From positions 53,532 through 117,531 of the forward strand of contig JASEFX010000001.1 in the NCBI GenBank assembly GCA_030018265.1: a DNA stretch of 64,000 nt, written 5' to 3'. The stretch comes from Candidatus Saccharicenans sp. (GTDB lineage Bacteria > Acidobacteriota > Aminicenantia > Aminicenantales > Saccharicenantaceae). The notes under the pieces were generated by a model. That model searched no databases. It had not been told where the DNA came from and saw nothing but the letters and a program-made list of their open reading frames with translations. A program made the translations under genes and the position numbers. Below are positions 58,233 to 64,000 of this stretch, piece by piece. The stretch's first letter is position 1; each line of letters opens with the position of its first letter.

Positions 58233-59687
58233 ATGAGCGCGCGAGAAAGAAAAAATCGCATTCTAATCGTCGATGACGAAGAAAACATTCGCAAAAGCCT
58301 GAAGATGATCCTTGAGTACGAGGGCTATGCCGTGCTGGAAGCCGCCGACGGGTTGACGGCCAGAGAAGTTCTGGAGGATCATCCGGAAATCGACCTCGTA
58401 CTGCTCGACTTAAAACTGCCTGATTTTGACGGACTTTCGCTTCTTCAAGAATTCCGACAGAAGCCTTATCCGCCGGAGATAATTATGATTTCCGGTCACG
58501 GGACGATTTCCATGGCGGTAGAAGCCACCAAGCTCGGGGCATTCGATTTTATCGAGAAACCTCTCTCCAGGGAAAGAGTTCTTTTGAGCCTGCGCCACGC
58601 GCTCGAAGCCAGGAAACTTAAGACAACCGTCCAGGACATCAAAAGAAAAACCGAACGCAAATACCGGATAATAGGTGAGCATCCGGCAATGCAGGCGCTG
58701 TGGCAGGAAATAAAAAAAGTCGCTCCCACCAGCGCCACCGTGCTGATTCAGGGTGAGAGCGGAACCGGCAAGGAACTGGTTGCCCGGGCGATTCACGAAA
58801 ACAGTCCCAGGGCGGAAGAAAGTTTCGTCCAGGTCAACTGCGCTGCTATACCTGAGGAGCTTATAGAAAGCGAACTTTTCGGGCATGAAAAAGGCGCATT
58901 CACCGGCGCTACCGAAAGGCGTCCGGGAAAATTCGAGCTGGCTGACGGCGGCACTATTTTTCTTGACGAAATAGGCGATATGAGTCTCAGGACTCAGTCG
59001 AAGGTGCTAAGAGTTCTGGAGCAGGGAGAAGTTCAGCGGGTGGGCTCAAGCCGGATAATCAGAGTGGACGTCAGGGTGATTGCCGCCACCAACAAAGACT
59101 TAAAAAAGGAAATTAAAGAGGGCCGCTTCCGCGAGGACCTCTATTACCGCCTGAACGTCGTCCCGCTTTATGTGCCGCCGCTCCGGGAAAGAAAAGAGGA
59201 TATACCGCTGCTGGTGGATTATTTCTGCGCGGTATTTTCCGAGGAAAACAATTTCCGGCGAAAAAAATTTTCTCCGGAAGCCCTGGAAGTAATGATGAAG
59301 TATCCCTGGAAAGGGAATGTGCGCGAACTCAGAAATCTGGTGGAGAGGCTGCTTATTCTGACTGATAAGGAGGTAATCGGACCGGAAGACCTGCCGGAAT
59401 ACATGTTGCAGGAAAAAGAGCATATTCTTCCCGATTTGCGGAAAATAAAGACGCTTAAAGATTTTCAGGAAGAAACCGAGAAAAGCTTCATCCTTTATAA
59501 GCTCAGAATGAACAACTGGAATGTTTCCAGAACTGCCCGGGAACTCGACACACCCAGGAGCAATCTCTACAAAAAACTCGAGAAATATGGTATAAAATTA
59601 AAGGCTGGAGCAGGCGAGGCGGTCGCTCCTTCTTCGGAAGAAGAAGGGGAGGAAAGTCCGAACTCCACAGGGCAGGATGGTCGCTAA
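58233..59687 (+). CDS. Sigma-54-dependent response regulator (NtrX/NtrC family)
   Basis: Receiver domain (VDDE, LLDL, ISGHG, EKP), [19 protein letters not shown] and Fis-type HTH. Confidence 0.93.
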   Translation: MSARERKNRILIVDDEENIRKSLKMILEYEGYAVLEAADGLTAREVLEDHPEIDLVLLDLKLPDFDGLSLLQEFRQKPYPPEIIMISGHGTISMAVEATKLGAFDFIEKPLSRERVLLSLRHALEARKLKTTVQDIKRKTERKYRIIGEHPAMQALWQEIKKVAPTSATVLIQGESGTGKELVARAIHENSPRAEESFVQVNCAAIPEELIESELFGHEKGAFTGATERRPGKFELADGGTIFLDEIGDMSLRTQSKVLRVLEQGEVQRVGSSRIIRVDVRVIAATNKDLKKEIKEGRFREDLYYRLNVVPLYVPPLRERKEDIPLLVDYFCAVFSEENNFRRKKFSPEALEVMMKYPWKGNVRELRNLVERLLILTDKEVIGPEDLPEYMLQEKEHILPDLRKIKTLKDFQEETEKSFILYKLRMNNWNVSRTARELDTPRSNLYKKLEKYGIKLKAGAGEAVAPSSEEEGEESPNSTGQDGR

Positions 59688-59970
59688 CAGCGACTCCGGG
59701 CAACCGGAGGAAAGTGCCACAGAAAACATACCGCCAGCCGCCAGAAGTGGCTGGTAAGGGTGAAAAGGTGAGGTAAGAGCTCACCGCTCCGCTGGTGACA
59801 GCGGAGGCAGGGCAAACCCCATCCGGAGCAAGACCAAATAGCCCCGTTTGAGGATGGCCCGTCCGATGGGGCAGGTAGGTCGCAAAACCGGCCGAGCAAT
59901 CGGTCGGTCAGACAAATGACCGCCGCTGCCTCTGGCAGTAACAGAATTCGGCTTATGTCCTGCTCCAGCC
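59603..59970 (+). ncRNA. rnpB: RNase P RNA, bacterial type A
   Basis: P1 GGCTGGAGCAGG/CCTGCTCCAGCC, conserved GAGGAAAGTCC, AGTGCCACAGAAA, GGGTGAAA and GGCAAACCCC..GAGCAAG segments, and 3' ACAGAATTCGGCTTA. Confidence 0.96.
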
Positions 59971-59976
59971 ATTCTT

Positions 59977-60004
59977 TTGACAAAAATCAAATTTCTGTTA
60001 TAAT
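59977..60004 (+). promoter_or_regulatory. Consensus sigma70 promoter of tRNA-fMet
   Basis: TTGACA-16 nt-TATAAT with a TG extension. Confidence 0.85.
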
Positions 60005-60015
60005 CTTAATAAGAT

Positions 60016-60092
<77 letters not shown>

Positions 60093-60183
60093 TTTTTTAT
60101 CAAGGCAATATCTTCGGTATTTATAAATCCTTCCTGATTTTTAATCTTTCAATTCAGCCTGAATTGATTCATTTTCGTTTCCT

Positions 60184-60212
60184 TTGCATTAACTCTCAGA
60201 ATTTGCTATAAA
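60184..60212 (+). promoter_or_regulatory. Putative sigma70 promoter of pepP
   Basis: TTGCAT-17 nt-TATAAA with a TG extension. Confidence 0.55.
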
Positions 60213-60242
60213 CTTCATAACATATCAGGAAAGGAGGAATTT

Positions 60243-61628
60243 ATGTTCGAAGCTGGAGTATATAAACTCAGAAGAAAAAAACTTAAAGCACTGGTGAAGA
60301 GCGGTCTTTGCCTTTTTCCGGGAAACGTTAACAGCCCGATGAACTATCCGGCTAACTGTTATCCCTTCAGGCAGGACAGCACCTTTCTTTACTTTTTCGG
60401 CATGGATTCTCCCGGGCTTTCCGCCATTGTAGATATTGACGAAGGCCAGGATATCATTTTCGGCGACGACGTCAGCCTGGAAGACATTATCTGGGTCGGC
60501 CCTCAGCCGCGCCTCAAAGACAGGGCGGAGGCCGCGGGAGTAAAGAAGGTGATGCCCTCTTCAGAGCTGGCTCTTTATCTGGAAAAAGCTATCAGCCAGG
60601 GGCGCAATATACATTTCCTCCCGCCATACAGAGGAGAAACGAAACTTCAGCTCTCCTCCTGGTTGAAAACCCCGCCGGAAAAGTTAAAAGAATCCGCCTC
60701 GGTGGAATTGATCCGGGCGGTGGTGGCACTGAGGTCGAAAAAAACAGCAGAAGAAGTTAGAGAGATAGAAAATGCTCTTAAAGTTACGCGCGAGATGTAC
60801 CTGGCGGCGATACCTCAGGCGAAACCGGGGGTCAGGGAACAGGAAGTCCTGGCTTACATGGAGATGGTTTTAAGGGCGAACGGTCTTTCTTTTTCTTTTC
60901 CGCCTATAGTCACGATAAACGGTCAGATTTTTCATAAAACTTCTTACGGAGACACCCTGAAAAAAGGAAGGATGCTGGTCATCGACAGCGGCGCCGAATC
61001 CGAGCTCCACTACGCCTGTGATATCACCAGAACCGTCCCGGTCGGCGGTCGTTTTAACGGCCGGCAGAAAGACATCTATTCGATCGTTCTCAAAGGGCAG
61101 GAGGAAGCCATTAAATCGATCCGCCCGGGTCGGCTCTATCGGGAGGTCCATCTGAAGGCAGCCAGGGTGATGGCTGAAGGTCTGAAAGACCTGGGACTGA
61201 TGAAGGGAGATCTGGAGGAGGCGGTCAACCAGGGGGCTCATGCTCTGTTTTTCCCGCACGGACTTGGCCACATGCTGGGACTCGACGTGCACGACATGGA
61301 AAATCTCGGCGAGAATTATGTTGGTTATGATGAAACCGTCAAAAGAAGCGAACAGTTTGGCCTCGGCTATTTAAGGCTGGCCAGAACGCTCGAACCCGGC
61401 TTCGTCCTGACGGTTGAACCGGGAATATATTTCATACCTCAACTCGTGGCCACCTGGAAAAAAGAAAGAAAGTTTCTCGATTTCATAAATTACGACAGGG
61501 TGGAAAAATATTTAGATTTCGGTGGTGTAAGAATAGAAGACGACGTGCTGGTGACGGATGACGGCTGCCGGGTGCTCGGTCCGAGAATCCCGAAAAAAAT
61601 AGCCGAGATAGAAAAACTTTTTTCCTGA
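60243..61628 (+). CDS. pepP: Xaa-Pro aminopeptidase (M24B)
   Basis: FRQDSTF, IDSG, DITRT, HGLGHMLGLDVHD, VEPGIY and GGVRIEDD motifs. Confidence 0.93.
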   Translation: MFEAGVYKLRRKKLKALVKSGLCLFPGNVNSPMNYPANCYPFRQDSTFLYFFGMDSPGLSAIVDIDEGQDIIFGDDVSLEDIIWVGPQPRLKDRAEAAGVKKVMPSSELALYLEKAISQGRNIHFLPPYRGETKLQLSSWLKTPPEKLKESASVELIRAVVALRSKKTAEEVREIENALKVTREMYLAAIPQAKPGVREQEVLAYMEMVLRANGLSFSFPPIVTINGQIFHKTSYGDTLKKGRMLVIDSGAESELHYACDITRTVPVGGRFNGRQKDIYSIVLKGQEEAIKSIRPGRLYREVHLKAARVMAEGLKDLGLMKGDLEEAVNQGAHALFFPHGLGHMLGLDVHDMENLGENYVGYDETVKRSEQFGLGYLRLARTLEPGFVLTVEPGIYFIPQLVATWKKERKFLDFINYDRVEKYLDFGGVRIEDDVLVTDDGCRVLGPRIPKKIAEIEKLFS

Positions 61629-61676
61629 AAGTTCAGGGACAACGACAGTATCTGAATTGAAGCTGGCGCGAAAAGA

Positions 61677-62264
61677 ATGAAAAAGTGGTATGTGCTGCAG
61701 ACCAGACCTCGCAAAGAATTTCAGGTTGAAACTCTGCTGGAACAGGCGGGCTTTACCGTTTACAACCCGAAGTATCTGGATGACGGCAGGATTAAGCCCT
61801 TTTTCCCCGGCTATCTATTTTTCAAATTCCGATATCCGGAGGATTATCGAACAGTCATCTACACTCGCGGCGTGAAGAGAATCGTGGGCAACAGCCAGGG
61901 GCCGATTCCTCTCAGCCAGGAAATGATTTCCTGCCTTCGCTCGAGGGAAAAAAACGGTTTTATTGAGTTGATGAAATACGGTGAAGAACCGGAGCCTGGA
62001 GACGAAGTGATGGTGATGGAAGGTCCGCTGAAGGGTTTGAAGGGTTTATTCCTGAAAAGCCTGAGCGATAAGGAAAGGGTGATGATCCTTCTTAATTACG
62101 TTTCTTATCAGGGGTCGCTGATGATAGATAAAAATAAAATAAAAAAAATATGCCGGGGAAGTTCTTCTTCCGGAGAAAAAAGCAGATTTAATAAGCGCCT
62201 CCCGGGGCCGGAGAAAAAGGGGAAAATCAAATGCTATTCAGGCAGGGGAAAAGAGCGGTCTTAA
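61677..62264 (+). CDS. NusG-paralog antitermination factor (RfaH/UpxY-like)
   Basis: WYVLQTRP, PFFPGYLF, TRGV and KOW motif PGDEVMVMEGPLKGLKG. Confidence 0.88.
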   Translation: MKKWYVLQTRPRKEFQVETLLEQAGFTVYNPKYLDDGRIKPFFPGYLFFKFRYPEDYRTVIYTRGVKRIVGNSQGPIPLSQEMISCLRSREKNGFIELMKYGEEPEPGDEVMVMEGPLKGLKGLFLKSLSDKERVMILLNYVSYQGSLMIDKNKIKKICRGSSSSGEKSRFNKRLPGPEKKGKIKCYSGRGKERS

Positions 62265-62347
62265 CTGTTTACGGGTTGAAACAGTAATATGAAAAGCTGA
62301 GTGGAAATAAAGAGTTTGAAAAGTAATTGAAGATCTGAAGGAGAACT

Positions 62348-63913
62348 TCAGCCGGGATTTCCGTAGCCTCCGCCGCCGGGAGTTTCAATCCTGAGGATCT
62401 CTCCGGCTCTCAGCTTCAGGTTTGTTTTCGAACCGAGAATTTTTTTCTTTCCTTTCCTTATGAGGAGATTTCGTCCGGCCTTTCCGGGCTGCCCTCCAAG
62501 CAATCCATAAGGACGGCGCTTCCTCCGGTCAGAGATGATCGTCAGGTTCACCGGAACCAGAAATTGATATTCTCTTATCAACCCGTCTCCGCCGGGATTT
62601 TTTCCCCGTCCCCCGGATTTCTTTCGCAGCGCATACTGTCTGATTTTAACCGGAAGGTAATTCTCCAGCGCTTCAACCGGAGTGTTGAGCGAATTGGTCA
62701 TATGGGAATGGACTCCGCTCAGCCCGGGCAGAGTGGCTGAGGCGCCCATTCCGCCTCCGATCGTTTCGTAATAGGCGAAATTCATCCTGTTTTCCGGGTG
62801 ATAGCCGCCAAAGGCCACGTTGTTCATCGTTCCCTGACTGGCTGCCGGTATTTGCCCGGGTATGGCTCTGGCCAGAGCTCCGAGAAGGACGTCCACGATT
62901 CTCTGGGATGTTTCCACATTTCCTCCAGCCAGCGCTGCCGGGAAACGAGCGTTAACCACCGAACCTTCGGGGGCTATAATTTTTACCGGCTTCATCAGAC
63001 CGCTGTTGAAAGGAATGTCTTCCTCGATCAGCGAGCGGAAGACATAAAGTACGGCTGAATAAGTGACGGCAAAATTGGCGTTGACCGACCCGGCGACCTG
63101 TTCTGAAGATCCGGTGAAGTCGACCATGACTTCCTCGCCTTTTATCGTCAGAGTCACTTTAATCCTGATCGGCCTGGAAGTGATGCCGTCATCATCCAGG
63201 TAATCCTCATATTCATACACACCATCAGGAATTGTCTTTATCGTGGTCCTGAGTATTTTTTCCGTGTACCCCTGTATTTCGCGGGCATAGAGAGTCATCT
63301 TCTTCAGACCGTAACGATTGATCATTTCGCTGAGCCTTCGGGCGCCGCGGGAATTGGCCGCCACCTGAGCCAGCAGGTCTCCGCGTCTTTCTTCGGGCGT
63401 TCTGACGTTGGCCATAAAAAGATTAAGAACTTCATCGTTGAGACGACCGCGCCGGTAAAGCTTCAGTGGTGGGATGATCACTCCTTCCTGGAAAATTTCA
63501 GTGGCCAGCGGCATCGAACCTGGCGTTATTCCGCCGACATCAGAATGATGCGCCCTGTTCGCCACGAAAAAACAAAGATTTTTGCCCGCAAAATAAGGTT
63601 GAATGCAGGTGATGTCAGGCAGGTGAGTGCCTCCCCGGTAGGGGTCGTTCAGGATGATCACATCTCCCGGTTCAAACTCAATCGCCTGAATGGCCGCCTG
63701 AACCGAAAGCGGCATGGCCCCAAGATGAACCGGGATGTGCGAGCCCTGAGCGAAAGTTTCCCCATCCCGTGTAAAAAGTGCGCAGGAAAAATCTCTTCTT
63801 TCTTTAATGTTGGGAGAAAGAGCCGTGCGCTGGAGGACGGCGGCCATTTCTTCGGTGATCGAGGTAAACATATTCTTGAAAAGTTCGAGCTCTATAGGGT
63901 CAAATTTCCTCAT
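62348..63913 (-). CDS. Hydantoinase B / 5-oxoprolinase subunit
   Basis: SPNIKERRDFSCA, PVHLG, NDPYRGGTHLPD, RAHHSDVGG and ETPGGGG motifs. Confidence 0.93.
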   Translation of the reverse strand: MRKFDPIELELFKNMFTSITEEMAAVLQRTALSPNIKERRDFSCALFTRDGETFAQGSHIPVHLGAMPLSVQAAIQAIEFEPGDVIILNDPYRGGTHLPDITCIQPYFAGKNLCFFVANRAHHSDVGGITPGSMPLATEIFQEGVIIPPLKLYRRGRLNDEVLNLFMANVRTPEERRGDLLAQVAANSRGARRLSEMINRYGLKKMTLYAREIQGYTEKILRTTIKTIPDGVYEYEDYLDDDGITSRPIRIKVTLTIKGEEVMVDFTGSSEQVAGSVNANFAVTYSAVLYVFRSLIEEDIPFNSGLMKPVKIIAPEGSVVNARFPAALAGGNVETSQRIVDVLLGALARAIPGQIPAASQGTMNNVAFGGYHPENRMNFAYYETIGGGMGASATLPGLSGVHSHMTNSLNTPVEALENYLPVKIRQYALRKKSGGRGKNPGGDGLIREYQFLVPVNLTIISDRRKRRPYGLLGGQPGKAGRNLLIRKGKKKILGSKTNLKLRAGEILRIETPGGGGYGNPG

Positions 63914-63999
63914 GGTCGACCTGCTCTCTCAATGATTAAATTCAGGTAAGAATCAGTCCGGGCTTCATAACCAGGCGGTATTAAAGTGGTGGATTCAGC
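63910..63999 (-). CDS. C-terminus of hydantoinase A / oxoprolinase subunit (partial)
   Basis: Hand translation AESTTLIPPGYEARTDSYLNLIIERAGRP*. ATGA overlap with the B subunit. Confidence 0.75.
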   Translation of the reverse strand, partial: AESTTLIPPGYEARTDSYLNLIIERAGRP

Positions 64000-64000
64000 G

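Noticed and set aside
59503..59990. Three minus-strand ORFs over rnpB
   Set aside because: They are antisense translations of the RNase P RNA.

Overview
Gene-dense bacterial chromosomal segment of about 50% GC from an anaerobic, diderm, peptide- and glycan-fermenting organism. The gene set resembles Ca. Aminicenantes (OP8), which is an inference. Housekeeping genes include hflKC, thrC, hom, tadA, rocD, dnaX-ybaB-recR, nifJ (PFOR), pepP, RNase P RNA, two tRNA-Ser and tRNA-fMet. Many catabolic and exported enzymes are also present: C69 and M14-like peptidases with a transporter, an M16 pair, GH20, GH105, GH127, a VPS10-type propeller, a 3-keto-glycoside-type oxidoreductase/lyase cluster, a proline/sarcosine dehydrogenase-like pair, two Omp85 proteins and an Fe/B12-type ABC transporter. 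I see no integrase, transposase, prophage or CRISPR array. The most unusual items are: (i) an NtrX-like CDS that reads 85 nt into the RNase P RNA gene on the same strand; (ii) a tandem-GNAT protein resembling eukaryotic N-myristoyltransferase; (iii) a GH127 gene whose signal peptide is cut off by a single in-frame TGA; (iv) a duplicated 95-aa helical domain inserted into a VPS10-like propeller; (v) an exported rhodanese/CXXC mini-protein/polyferredoxin module; (vi) a sigma-54 promoter in front of a Trp-rich lipoprotein. All family calls come from motif recognition, not database searches.
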